Numbered from the stretch's first letter, positions 9,486 through 21,827 are shown. The stretch is 64,000 bases of DNA from Deltaproteobacteria bacterium (GCA_016933965.1 JAFGTS010000034.1:2696-66695), one strand, 5' to 3'. Numbers and translations: made by a program. Notes: a model not told the origin generated them from the letters alone.

Positions 9486-10724
9486 ATGATACAGGATTTC
9501 ATCCTGGAAAACCGAAAGGTGACCGCCCGCTTCCTCGAACTGACACGGAGGGTGCAACCCTCATTACGAGTGGTCCATCACAATGACGCCGACGGCATCG
9601 CCGCCGCCGCGGCCCTTTCCACTGCGTTCAAACAACTCGGCCTGACTCACCGGTTGATACCCGTTGAAAAGATCTATGAACCACTCGTGGAGAAAGTCCA
9701 CACCGGAACCGGCGACATTCTCCTCTATGCCGATCTGGGCGGGCAGTCATCGAGCCTGATCGGCCGGTACGCCTCCGGGAATCTTCTCGTCGTCATCCTC
9801 GATCATCATCTGCCGGGAGGTCCCGTTCCTGATAATGTGATCCACCTTAATCCCGAACGTTTCAATATAAGCGGGGACAACGACGCGTCGGGTGCTTCCG
9901 TCTGCGCCCTGTTCGCCCGGGAGCTCCTCAGTGCCGGCGGTCTTGACGGGCCGGATGAAACAGCGTGGCTGGCGGCATTGGGCGTCATCGGGGCCGTTGG
10001 TGACGGGCAGGAACTGAACGGCGCCTTCACCGGATTGAACGAACTGCTGTTTTCGGAAGCCGTGAAGGCGGGGATGATACAAAAAGACGGAAGCAGCTTG
10101 GTACTGCCCCGTATGCGCGGAATGACCGTTGAGGAGATCGTGGAGGTACTGACCCTCCTGGGCTCCGTGGGATTCTACTCCGGCGACGCTGCTTCAGCAA
10201 AGGCACTTCTCATGGGAGAAAACACGGATGATGCCCTCCGTCGGGCGGGGCACCTCGGGGAGATCAAGAAAACCTGTTTTGCAGGAGAGATGGCGCGGAT
10301 CAGGCAAGCGGGCCTCGAAAGATCGGAACATTTTCAGTGGATCAATGTACAGGACCGCTTCGCCCCCATGGGGGTGAAGGCTATCGGTCTTTTTCTTGAA
10401 GAGCTGATAGCGCATGAGATCGCTGCAAAGGAGAACTACCTCGTCGGGTTTCAGCATCTTCCCGCCGAGGCACCCGGTATCGGCGGTTTTGACACGGCGC
10501 TGTCAAAGATATCGACCCGCGTGCACCCGGAATTGAGACGATCGATCGAAGAAGGAAAACTGCCCGATTTCATGAGCCTTGTCCCCGGAGCGACCGCTCT
10601 CGTCAAGGGTATCGCCGACGGATGCCACCGTTTTGCCGCGGGATCGCTCATCGACAGGGGTCTTGAGGAGGACTTCATCAGGGCCCTCGAAAAGGTCCTG
10701 AGCCAACACTCCGGTACATTTTGA
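9486..10724 (+). CDS. DHH-family phosphoesterase
   Basis: HHNDADG, ADLG, ILDHH, GAVGD and C-terminal GCHRFAAG; alternative TTG start at 9462 overlaps the ATPase stop. Confidence 0.85.
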   Translation: MIQDFILENRKVTARFLELTRRVQPSLRVVHHNDADGIAAAAALSTAFKQLGLTHRLIPVEKIYEPLVEKVHTGTGDILLYADLGGQSSSLIGRYASGNLLVVILDHHLPGGPVPDNVIHLNPERFNISGDNDASGASVCALFARELLSAGGLDGPDETAWLAALGVIGAVGDGQELNGAFTGLNELLFSEAVKAGMIQKDGSSLVLPRMRGMTVEEIVEVLTLLGSVGFYSGDAASAKALLMGENTDDALRRAGHLGEIKKTCFAGEMARIRQAGLERSEHFQWINVQDRFAPMGVKAIGLFLEELIAHEIAAKENYLVGFQHLPAEAPGIGGFDTALSKISTRVHPELRRSIEEGKLPDFMSLVPGATALVKGIADGCHRFAAGSLIDRGLEEDFIRALEKVLSQHSGTF

Positions 10725-10800
10725 CACACACCCCCTTTCCATCCTCCGGTCAATGGAGAAAAGAGAATCCTTTTGAAGCGGCCATTGAAACGTTTTTTGT

Positions 10801-10824
10801 GATCGCGATTCGAGAATCGCGATC
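10801..10824. terminator. Hairpin, possible terminator
   Basis: GATCGCGATTC-GA-GAATCGCGATC inverted repeat downstream of the ABC-DHH operon. Confidence 0.4.
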
Positions 10825-10886
10825 CGGAAAATCAGTATCGTTTTATTGTTGCGTCGATGCTTTTCTGTTATATGGTTTTGTGATTT

Positions 10887-10918
10887 TCACTCTGTCACTG
10901 TGCCACTTTGCCACTGTA
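10887..10918 (+). repeat. Four tandem 8-bp imperfect direct repeats (YCACTNTR)
   Basis: TCACTCTG TCACTGTG CCACTTTG CCACTGTA. Confidence 0.6.
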
Positions 10919-10937
10919 AAACGAAGGAACCCGAACG

Positions 10938-12164
10938 ATGGGCCTGTTCACATTTCTATCCGGCAAGGATCCGGAAGAGTACGAAAGAAAAGGTGATGCC
11001 TATTTCGAGCATGGCGAGATCGGCGCGGCCAAGCTGGAATACGAGAACGCCCTAATCAAGCTCGAGAAAAAGCGCCCCGGCGACGAGAGCGGCATCCGGC
11101 GGCTTGAGGAAAAGATCATCCGCGCCAGGGAATCGCTGGCGCGCGCCCACCGGGACGGCGCAGCGGAACTGATGGATTCCGAAGAATACGATGATGCCCG
11201 GGACCTGTTGCTGCTCGCCCGGGAACTGACGCAGGATCAGGCGCTGAGAAGTGACATCGATACGCTTATGCAGGAAATCACGGCCCGCAGAACAAAGGAA
11301 TTCTCCGACGGATCGCCGGACATGCCGGAACAGGGTGAGCATGAAGCACCACGCTACCAGGAAAGGGACGATGAATACTTCACCACCCTGGTGAGCGCTC
11401 TCCCTGAAGACATCCGCAATGAGTATCTTGACTACGGTGAACCCTTTCGGGAAGGGTACCTGGCGCTCAACCGCGGGGATTATGAAAGGGCGCTCACGCT
11501 CCTGACCGCCGCCCGGGAGGAACGGCCGGCGGGGAGTCATATGCTCTATGAGATCGGCACGGCCTGCCTCAACCATGGCTCTCTGGAAGAGGCCCGCTCC
11601 GCCGCGGAACAATATGTAAAGGAGAATCCCCTGCTGCTGCGGGGCTACCACCTTCTCTGCGAGGTCCTCTGGGAAATGACGGCTTTCGATGAGGCCCACG
11701 CCCTGATCGGTTCAAGCCCCGCCGAACTGGGGCGCTCCCTTCCCCTGCACCTGCTGCGGGGAGAGACCCTGCATCGTGCGGGCAGGTACAATGAAGCGGA
11801 GTCCTTCTACACTCAGTGCCTGGATTCCTTCGGCAGGCATGAGACCATCCTGCGGGCGTTGGCGCTGAACCATGAATCCCTGGGCAGGACCCAGGCTGCG
11901 CACCGGCTGTACGGCGAGATCATGACCGAATGCCATTGCAGCCGTACCCGTGTCGACCCTTTCATCAAGGACCGGTATGCCGAGACGGCCTTCGCGCTGG
12001 GAACCCGAACCGGCGCCATCCTTGAGGTCTACCTGTCCCTTGCCGAGGAGATACCGGAAGAACGGGCACGGTATTTCCACCGCATCAGCCGGATCTACGA
12101 GGACCAGGGATTCGAGAACGAGGCCCTTCGCTACCGGGCGCTCGCGGAAAAGCTCGAGGCATGA
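10938..12164 (+). CDS. Tetratricopeptide-repeat protein
   Basis: Repeated TPR-like helices (YERKGDAYFEHGEIGAAKLEYENAL; LRGETLHRAGRYNEAESFY). Confidence 0.8.
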   Translation: MGLFTFLSGKDPEEYERKGDAYFEHGEIGAAKLEYENALIKLEKKRPGDESGIRRLEEKIIRARESLARAHRDGAAELMDSEEYDDARDLLLLARELTQDQALRSDIDTLMQEITARRTKEFSDGSPDMPEQGEHEAPRYQERDDEYFTTLVSALPEDIRNEYLDYGEPFREGYLALNRGDYERALTLLTAAREERPAGSHMLYEIGTACLNHGSLEEARSAAEQYVKENPLLLRGYHLLCEVLWEMTAFDEAHALIGSSPAELGRSLPLHLLRGETLHRAGRYNEAESFYTQCLDSFGRHETILRALALNHESLGRTQAAHRLYGEIMTECHCSRTRVDPFIKDRYAETAFALGTRTGAILEVYLSLAEEIPEERARYFHRISRIYEDQGFENEALRYRALAEKLEA

Positions 12165-12343
12165 GAACGGTTTCATCCGATCCCCATAACGCCGCAGCGC
12201 ATCACTTCTCTATGTCACATTTTCAATTCCGGGGAACGCCGCGCCTGATGAAACATTAAAAGAACCAGGAAATTAGTTGCTTACGATTCCCCAGACCATT
12301 ATAATGAGGGCACCTTCGGGGGGCTTACAGACAGGGGGACATC

Positions 12344-14512
12344 ATGAAACTGAAAAACAGGAAGGTTGTTCTGAAGGGGAAGGACGGGGATATCCATGTC
12401 AGGAGAAACCAGTACGGCATTCCGGAGATCCAGGCCCAGAGCCTGGCGGATTGCGCCTACGGGCTTGGATGGGTCCACGCCTGCGACCGCCAGCTCCAGA
12501 TGATGCTGACCCGTATCCTCCTGCAGGGCAGAGCGGCGGAACACCTGAAAGGCGATCCGGAACTCATAGAGATCGACACCTATATGCGTCGGATGAACTT
12601 TCTTCCCGACCCCGACGGCGAGATGGACAAGCTCAAACCGGATATCCGGCGACAGCTCCAATCCTACGCCGACGGATGCAATCTGTATCTGTCGGAGAAC
12701 AGACCGATCCTTGAATTCAGGCTCCTGGGATATGACCCGGAACCCTGGGAGATCAAGGATACGTTGCTCATCGCCAAGGTCTTCGGATTCATCGGCCTCG
12801 CGGAAGCCCAGGGAAACATGGAGAAATTCCTGGTACAGATGATACAGAACGGCTGTGAAGAAGAGAAATTGCGCGAGCTGTTCCCTTACCTGGTCGAGGA
12901 CATCAACCATGATCTGATACAGAAGATCACCCTGACACCGCCCCTCGTCCCGGAAGTGCTGCAATGGATCGGAAAGGCTCCCCTCTTTTCCGCCAGCAAC
13001 AACTGGACCGTATCGGGGACACGGACCGAATCAGGGAAACCCATTCTTTGCGGGGACCCGCACCTGGAGGTGAACCGCCTGCCCTCGGTCTGGCAGGAAA
13101 TCGTCATGTCCGTGCCCGGCAACAGGCTTATCGGCGTCAGCGTCCCCGGCGCGCCGGGCCTTATTCTCGGAAGGACGGATTTCATCGCCTGGAGCGCGAC
13201 TTACGGGTTCATGGACGTGCTCGATTACCGGATAGAACGGTGCAAGGACGGAAAATACCACCGAAGGGACGGGTGGCGGGATTTCAGGCGGCGCCGGGAA
13301 ACCATCGTCGTGAAGAAAGGAAGACCGGTCATCATCGATGTCTATGAGAACGAACACGGGCTCCTGGAGGGAGACCCCGGCAGGGAAGGTCATTATCTTG
13401 TACTTGGATGGTCCGCAAAAGAGGGCTGCGGGGCGATGGACATGGACGCCGTCCTGAACCTGCCCGGCGCCCGCACCGCACGGGAGGCGATGGAACTGTT
13501 CAAGCAGGTTGACGCGTCACCCATGAACTGGGTCGTGGCTGACCGGGATGGGAACATCGGCTATCAGATGAGCGGGAGATTGTTCAACCGGCCTGAGGGA
13601 GTGAGCGGCCTGCTGCCGCTCCCGGGATGGGAGGAGCGTTACGATCATGACGGGTTCGTGGACAAGGACCTGCTTCCAACGGAGTACAACCCCGAAGAAG
13701 GGATCATCGCCACGGCGAACCAGGACCTGAACTATCTGGGACGGTCGACCCCTATCAACCTGCCCATGGGCAAATACCGGGCGGAAAGAATAAAGGATCG
13801 GCTCCGTGAAGGAGGCACGCTGAACGTGGATTACATGAAAAGCATGCATTTTGACCTTTACTCCCTTCAGGCCGAGCAGTTCATGGAGCGAATCAGGCCG
13901 CTTCTGCCCGACACGGAGAACGGAAACATCCTCAGGGACTGGCACCTGAGATATGAGACCGATTCAAAGGGTGCCATGCTTTTCGAGTCGGTCTACCGGG
14001 CGCTGATCGCGACCGTCTTCGGCGATCACGGCTTCGGGCGCGCGGTGGTCGATTATGTTCTGAGAGAAACAAGCCTCTTCAACGATTACTATGAAAATTT
14101 CGATACCATTCTCCTGAAGGAGACATCCCCCTGGTTCGAGGGGATGACCCGTGAGGAGATCTACCGGCAGGCCATCGATGAGGGGCTGAACGTCGAGGCG
14201 CTACGGTACGGTGAGACGCGCAGGATCATGCTCTCACATCTCCTGTTCGGCGGCAAGTTGCCCCGTTTTCTCGGGTATGACTACGGGCCGATCGAACTGC
14301 CCGGCTCCAGCGCGACCATTCCGCAGGGCCAGATATTCAGAAGCGCCGGGAGGCTGACCACCTTCTGCCCCTCCTATCGATTCATCGCGGATCTGGGAAG
14401 CAAGGGAATACACACCACCCTGGCGGGTGGTCCCTCGGACAGGCGGTTTTCAAAGTGGTACGTGAGCGACGTGAAGAACTGGCTGGACGGCATATACAAG
14501 GAGTTGCAATGA
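12344..14512 (+). CDS. Penicillin acylase-family Ntn hydrolase
   Basis: YGIPEI..A, GWVHACDRQLQM, autoprocessing site SNNW, CGDPHL, IATANQ. Confidence 0.92.
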   Translation: MKLKNRKVVLKGKDGDIHVRRNQYGIPEIQAQSLADCAYGLGWVHACDRQLQMMLTRILLQGRAAEHLKGDPELIEIDTYMRRMNFLPDPDGEMDKLKPDIRRQLQSYADGCNLYLSENRPILEFRLLGYDPEPWEIKDTLLIAKVFGFIGLAEAQGNMEKFLVQMIQNGCEEEKLRELFPYLVEDINHDLIQKITLTPPLVPEVLQWIGKAPLFSASNNWTVSGTRTESGKPILCGDPHLEVNRLPSVWQEIVMSVPGNRLIGVSVPGAPGLILGRTDFIAWSATYGFMDVLDYRIERCKDGKYHRRDGWRDFRRRRETIVVKKGRPVIIDVYENEHGLLEGDPGREGHYLVLGWSAKEGCGAMDMDAVLNLPGARTAREAMELFKQVDASPMNWVVADRDGNIGYQMSGRLFNRPEGVSGLLPLPGWEERYDHDGFVDKDLLPTEYNPEEGIIATANQDLNYLGRSTPINLPMGKYRAERIKDRLREGGTLNVDYMKSMHFDLYSLQAEQFMERIRPLLPDTENGNILRDWHLRYETDSKGAMLFESVYRALIATVFGDHGFGRAVVDYVLRETSLFNDYYENFDTILLKETSPWFEGMTREEIYRQAIDEGLNVEALRYGETRRIMLSHLLFGGKLPRFLGYDYGPIELPGSSATIPQGQIFRSAGRLTTFCPSYRFIADLGSKGIHTTLAGGPSDRRFSKWYVSDVKNWLDGIYKELQ

Positions 14513-14814
14513 AACGGCGACGGCGGCTCCGGCATGCGACCGCTCCGGACCGCCTCGCTTCGGAATGACAGCAAGCCGTCGTACCGCTCCTGCAGGTCAC
14601 CCAAACGACGAAAAAGATGAAGAATTATACATGCGGTTTGTGATATGTTCAGTGCTTCTGAAGGGCGATATCCACTCGTAATATCAACCTCATGCTCAGA
14701 TTCGCCCGACGGGCCGCTCCCGCGTGAACGCGTGAGGCCCCCGATGACGGGGAGTTTTGCGCCGATGGAACGGCGGACCGGCAGAGAATATTTTCAAGTG
14801 GAAAGGAGTGTACC

Positions 14815-16530
14815 ATGAATTATCTGATGCAACCGAAAAAGTACAGGACCCTCACGGGCGACGCGGGATTTCAAGCGATGCTGGATAAGACCGTCACCTT
14901 TTTCGAGACCATGGGCAAGGAACGGCTTCTCGATGATTACAACAAGAAGGTCTGGTATCGGGAATTTGTCGATTTTATCGGCAGAGAGCAGATATTCGCC
15001 AAGCTTTTGACCCCGATCGAATATGCCGGAGGGGATCCCGACTGCCGGTGGGACACGGCTCGGAACAATGAGTTCAGCGAACTCCTCGCCTTTTACGGCC
15101 TGGGGTACTGGTACTGTTTCCAGGTGACCATCCTGGGGCTGGGCCCCATCTGGATGAGCCCCAACGAGAAAGCCAAGCAGAAAGCCGCCAGGCTCCTGAA
15201 AGAGGGCGCTATTTTCGCCTTCGGTCTCTCCGAACGGGTGCACGGCGCCGACATCTATTCCACCGAGACGGCCCTGACGCCCAAGGACGACGGCACCTGG
15301 GTGGCGAACGGCGAAAAATACTATATCGGCAATGGTAACGAGGCGGAGATGGTCTCCACCCTCGGAAAGGTCAAGGACGAAACCGACGACTATGTCTTCT
15401 TCGTCACCAATTACCGGAACAAGGCCTATGAGCTGAAGAAAAACGTCATTTCCCACCAGGAGTATGTGTCCAATTTCGCCCTCCATGATTACCCGATCAC
15501 GGAGGATGACATCCTCTCCCGGGGACCGCACGCCTGGGATTCCGCACTGAACACGGTGAACATCGGCAAATTCAACATCGGCCCGGCATCCATCGGACTG
15601 GCCGAGCACTGCTTCTACGAGGCCATCACCCACGCGGCGAACCGCATCCTCTACGGGATGCGCGTCACCGACATGCCCCACGTGAGAAAAAATTTCATGG
15701 ACGCCTGGCTGCGCCTCGTGGCCATGAAGCTCTACCAGCGGCGCTCGACGGACTACTTCAGAAATGCCGACGCGAACGACCGCCGCTACCTTCTGTATAA
15801 TCCCACGAGCAAGATGAAGGTGACCCTCCAGTCAGAGGATGTGGTCAACCTTCTGTGGGACGTGATCGCGGCGAAGGGATTCGAAAAGGACACCTACTTC
15901 CACATGGCCGCCTCCGACATGCGGGGGCCCTCCAAGCTTGAGGGTACGGTTCACGTGAACGTCCAGCTGATCCGCAAGTTCATGAAGAACTACTTCTTCA
16001 ATCCCGCGGAATACACCGCCGTTGAACCCGACTTCTCAGCCGTGGACGACCTGTTCCTGTTCAACCAGGGACCGACGAAGGGCCTCGGCGCGGTCCAGTT
16101 CCACGACTTCGGACCCGTCTTCGAGGCTAACAAGGGCCTGCCGAACGTGGCGACCTTCATGAAGCAGTTCAATATTTTCAGGGAATTTCTGGAAAAGGCG
16201 GGCCCCGACAAGATGCAGGACATGGACCCCTCATTTTCCCTGCCGCTGGGCGAGATGTTCTCCATCGTGGTGTACGGCCAGCTGATCCTCGAACAGGCAC
16301 GGATCGACACTGTCGACGAGGACATCATCAACCAGATATTCGACTTCATGGTACGCGACTTCGCCCTCTTCGCCCTCCAGATCTATGGAAATCACAGCAC
16401 CCGGGATGAACAGCGGACCTTCTGCAGGGATATCATGACGATCAAGGCCGTCGGTGACAACGAGCAGTATCAGCGTGTCTGGGAGAAGTACGTATTTCCG
16501 TTGAACGGCGAGTACGCGATGAACGAGTAA
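14815..16530 (+). CDS. Acyl-CoA dehydrogenase (long form)
   Basis: FAFGLSE..HGAD, ANGEKYYIGNG, KLEGT. Confidence 0.9.
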   Translation: MNYLMQPKKYRTLTGDAGFQAMLDKTVTFFETMGKERLLDDYNKKVWYREFVDFIGREQIFAKLLTPIEYAGGDPDCRWDTARNNEFSELLAFYGLGYWYCFQVTILGLGPIWMSPNEKAKQKAARLLKEGAIFAFGLSERVHGADIYSTETALTPKDDGTWVANGEKYYIGNGNEAEMVSTLGKVKDETDDYVFFVTNYRNKAYELKKNVISHQEYVSNFALHDYPITEDDILSRGPHAWDSALNTVNIGKFNIGPASIGLAEHCFYEAITHAANRILYGMRVTDMPHVRKNFMDAWLRLVAMKLYQRRSTDYFRNADANDRRYLLYNPTSKMKVTLQSEDVVNLLWDVIAAKGFEKDTYFHMAASDMRGPSKLEGTVHVNVQLIRKFMKNYFFNPAEYTAVEPDFSAVDDLFLFNQGPTKGLGAVQFHDFGPVFEANKGLPNVATFMKQFNIFREFLEKAGPDKMQDMDPSFSLPLGEMFSIVVYGQLILEQARIDTVDEDIINQIFDFMVRDFALFALQIYGNHSTRDEQRTFCRDIMTIKAVGDNEQYQRVWEKYVFPLNGEYAMNE

Positions 16531-16556
16531 ACGGCCGTCAAAACGACGATGACTGA

Positions 16557-16627
16557 GGCGGCTTCGTAAAAAGCCCGGTAACACGGCGTGCGCTGCTGCG
16601 CGCGGGGGGACTTCTTACGAAGCCGTC
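16557..16627. repeat. REP/MITE-like inverted repeat
   Basis: GGCGGCTTCGTAAAAAGCCC ... GGACTTCTTACGAAGCCGTC (17/20 complementary). Confidence 0.7.
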
Positions 16628-18072
16628 GATCGTTCCCTCATCTCATAATACCGCAACAGGGCCGCCAGTGACCGTGCCGCCCGGTCAGGATCATTGTAAG
16701 CGGGAATGCCCTTTTCCAGGAGACTCCGCATCAGTTGCTCCTGGAGACTCCGGTATGTGTAGACCACCACGGGCTTGTCGTATTTTTTCGTTACCTCGAT
16801 GAAGCTGTCACCGAGCCGGTCCATCATGGCAACGGTCTCTTCAGCGGCCTTATCGGGCTTCATTCCCGTACGTTCCAGCATCGGTTTGACAAAGATATGG
16901 GGTGACAGGATATAGATCATCAGGATATCGGTATTGGTATCCCGTAAAAGCACGTCGGGTATTTCCCTGAATTCGTTCATGATGTCCTTGCTGAAGGTGA
17001 TGTCCACGGGATTTTGCAGGCTGGCCGTATTGGGAAGATAGGGTTTCAGGGCGTCGATCGTGTCACTCGAAAGCGCGGGTACTTCCAGGCCCGCACGCCC
17101 GCAGGAATCCGCCGCCGTCGCCCCCGGTCCCCCCGAGTGGGTCTGAATGACCACCCGGCGGCCCGCCGGTTTCGGCAGATTTCCCAGCGCGAGACAATAA
17201 TCAAATAATTCCGTAAGGTTGAATGCTCGAATGATGCCGCACTGGCGGAACATGCTGTCATATATCTCATCGGGTCCCGCCAGGGCTCCCGTGTGTGAAA
17301 CACCGGCCCGCCGGCCCGCCTCGGAGCCTCCCGCATAGAGGGCCACGATGGGTTTCCGGGGCACAACGGAACGGGCCATCCGGATAAAGTCCTTTCCCCG
17401 GCGTATCCCTTCGATATACAGGGCGATCACCTTCGTATCCGGACAGGCCCCCAGGTACTCGATACAGTCGACGAGATCTATGTTGGCCTCGTTCCCCACG
17501 CTGAAGGCGGTGCTGAACCCCAGACCGATCCGGTAGAGGTAATTATGCATCTGCGTAAGGAAGCTTCCGCTCTGTGACGCCAACCCCACGAACCCCGGAG
17601 GACCTTCCGCCTGGATCGGCGTGGGATTGAACTTGAGATGGGTATTGACGACACCGAGGCAATTCGGCCCCAGAAAGCGGATCCCACAGGTATCGGCGAT
17701 CCGGGCCAGTTCTCTCTGCAGGTCGACGCCGCTGTCGCCGGATTCGGCGAACCCGCCGGAAATGATGGCTGCGTGCCTGATACCCTTCCTGCCGCACTCT
17801 TCCAGCGTCCGGGAGACGATGTTCGTGGGGAGAACGATAATGGCCAGGTCGGGAACGGCGGGTATCTCATCCACGCTCCGGTATGCCGTGAATCCCTGTA
17901 TCTGCTTTTCTTCCGGGTGGATCGGATACACGGCTCCTTCATAGCCGAGGGCTATGAGGGATGACAGCATGATAGAGCCCATCCGTAACGGATGACCGGA
18001 GGCCCCGAAAAAGGCAATACTTTCAGGATTCGCGATCGTATACAGCGGGCTGTCCCGATGTGACGTGAGCAT
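16615..18072 (-). CDS. Acyl-CoA synthetase (ADP-forming) alpha subunit
   Basis: CoA-binding domain PESIAFFGAS, GPNCLG, SQSG, GNEANID, phospho-His motif SHTGALAG, NPVD. Confidence 0.9.
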   Translation of the reverse strand: MLTSHRDSPLYTIANPESIAFFGASGHPLRMGSIMLSSLIALGYEGAVYPIHPEEKQIQGFTAYRSVDEIPAVPDLAIIVLPTNIVSRTLEECGRKGIRHAAIISGGFAESGDSGVDLQRELARIADTCGIRFLGPNCLGVVNTHLKFNPTPIQAEGPPGFVGLASQSGSFLTQMHNYLYRIGLGFSTAFSVGNEANIDLVDCIEYLGACPDTKVIALYIEGIRRGKDFIRMARSVVPRKPIVALYAGGSEAGRRAGVSHTGALAGPDEIYDSMFRQCGIIRAFNLTELFDYCLALGNLPKPAGRRVVIQTHSGGPGATAADSCGRAGLEVPALSSDTIDALKPYLPNTASLQNPVDITFSKDIMNEFREIPDVLLRDTNTDILMIYILSPHIFVKPMLERTGMKPDKAAEETVAMMDRLGDSFIEVTKKYDKPVVVYTYRSLQEQLMRSLLEKGIPAYNDPDRAARSLAALLRYYEMRERSTAS

Positions 18073-18349
18073 GCTTCCCTCCTTGAGAACGTGATCGAAA
18101 AATCAAGAGATCGGGCGGCACGCTTCTTTTCCGCAGGGTGTCCGTGGTCCCGGCCATACCCTGCGAGCACCCCCTCAAAAGCATGGAAAGGGAACCACGT
18201 TTGGTTCGATATGTCAATTGATTTTACGGGAATCGGGACACCCGGGCCGGCACAGGGCATGTGAACGCATCCCCGGAAGAGTTCAGCGGGCCCCTTGACT
18301 GAGACCCCGGAAAAACATAGGATCTGGTATCATCCAAGGAGAAAACATC

Positions 18350-19327
18350 ATGAAACCTTACAGCGTATATGTTACCAGGCTCATTCCCCGGGAAGGGATC
18401 GACCTTCTGAAGGAACACTGCGACGTGGAGGTAAACCCGGATGATCGGCCTCTGACCCGGGAGGAGCTTCTCGACAGGGTCGGTGGACGGGACGGGGTTA
18501 TCAGCCTTCTCACCGACAGGATCGATGCCGAGGTCTATGACGCGGCCACCGGTATCAGGGGGTTCGCCAATTATGCCGTCGGCTACGACAACATCGACGT
18601 GGCCGAGGCAACAAGACGCAAGATCCCCATATCGAACACCCCCGGGGTGCTGACCGATGCAACGGCCGAGATGGCCTGGGCCCTGCTCTTCGCCGCGGCG
18701 CGCCGTGTCGTTGAATCGGACGGTGTCATGCGCTCCTGTGGCTGGAAGGGCTGGGGGCCGCTGCAGTTCATCGGCGGCGACGTGGGAGGCAAGACCCTCG
18801 GTATCGTCGGTGCGGGTCGCATCGGAACGGCCATGGCATTGAGATCAAAGGGATTTTCCATGAGGGTGCTCTACACGGATGTGTCCGTGAACAAGACCCT
18901 GGAAGACGAGCTCGGCGCGGAGCGGGTGCCGTTACGCCGTCTTCTCGAAGAATCGGATTTCATCAGTATCCATGTCCCCCTGATGGAAGAGACACGGCAC
19001 CTTTTCAACCAGGATATCTTCAGGAAAATGAAAACCACCGCCTACCTCATCAATACCTCCCGCGGTCCCGTGATACATGAAGCGCACCTCGTCGAAGCCC
19101 TGCAAAAAGGGACGATCGCGGGCGCCGGGCTCGATGTCTACGAATTCGAGCCGCGGATGGTGGAGGGACTTGCCGAACTGCCGAACGTGGTCATAACGCC
19201 GCACATCGCCTCGGCGACGCGACAGTCCCGGACGGGCATGGCACTGAAGGCGGCCGGGAATCTCCTCGCCATGCTCAGGGGCGAGCGACCGCCGGACTGC
19301 GTGAACCCGGAAATCTTTTCGAATTAG
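18350..19327 (+). CDS. D-2-hydroxyacid dehydrogenase (glyoxylate reductase / D-glycerate dehydrogenase)
   Basis: AVGYDNID, NTPGVLTDATAE, GAGRIG, INTSRG, AGLDVYEFEP, TPHIASAT. Confidence 0.92.
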   Translation: MKPYSVYVTRLIPREGIDLLKEHCDVEVNPDDRPLTREELLDRVGGRDGVISLLTDRIDAEVYDAATGIRGFANYAVGYDNIDVAEATRRKIPISNTPGVLTDATAEMAWALLFAAARRVVESDGVMRSCGWKGWGPLQFIGGDVGGKTLGIVGAGRIGTAMALRSKGFSMRVLYTDVSVNKTLEDELGAERVPLRRLLEESDFISIHVPLMEETRHLFNQDIFRKMKTTAYLINTSRGPVIHEAHLVEALQKGTIAGAGLDVYEFEPRMVEGLAELPNVVITPHIASATRQSRTGMALKAAGNLLAMLRGERPPDCVNPEIFSN

Positions 19328-19404
19328 GATCGTAAGGGATTGTGTCTTGAGAGCGTTCCGGGCGATGGAACCATCGCCCGGAACACGGATCGTTCAGGAC
19401 CTTT

Positions 19405-21057
<1,653 letters not shown>

Positions 21058-21541
21058 TTATATCATTAATTATTACAATATTGACTTTGTGTATCCCCCG
21101 TTATCCCTGAATATCGATCCCTGCCTCACCGCCGGCACCTTTCCCGAAAGAACAACCCTCGATCCGGTCATGTTCTGTTCCTGATGCCGGTTTTTCTCTC
21201 TCGCTCATCTTCCTGGTTATAATACGGTACCGGCTGTCCCGGTATCCCGTCATGGTTGCGATGGAAATGACCCGTTTTCGGCGCGGGGAACAGTATGGGG
21301 CGGATGGAATTTACAGAAAGCCATGATAGGGAAATAAATGAAACACGACCGAAGCTCCATTACTTCATTCTGAAGGTGTATTCATCAAGCCATAAATTAA
21401 TCACGGCTGCGGCCATGTCAATAGGGCCGGATTAATTTTTCAACAGCCCGGGTCTTCTTGTCGATCCACGTGTCCCGAAAGATGGCCCGATTGCCTGCCG
21501 CGGGCGGGGCAAAGCAGGTATTTTCTCCCCTCCATAAAGGT

Positions 21542-21570
21542 TAAAGCTTAAAGTATAACTTCTTGATTTA
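21542..21570. promoter_or_regulatory. Four-half-site palindromic operator (site 1)
   Basis: TAAAG-CT-TAAAG-TATAA-CTTCT-TG-ATTTA, plus an extra TAAAG at 21535; upstream of the CrtI-like operon. Confidence 0.7.
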
Positions 21571-21827
21571 TGATGACTTCTCAGATTTGTGTTGACACAC
21601 ACCTAAATTATCGATATTCAAGCCTTTACGGGCTTACAGGCAATCAAAATACAGTCTTTATGAAAAATGATCTCAGGCGCTTTTCGGGACGCAGAGGACA
21701 CTACCATTCGCTTTCCGGGAAGAGGACACCGGCCGGGAATGAAGGGACCCACATCTCTATGAACGGCCGGAAAACCTTGATACATCGGCATATGCCGAGA
21801 TTTGAAAGACCATGATTGAGGTGATCT

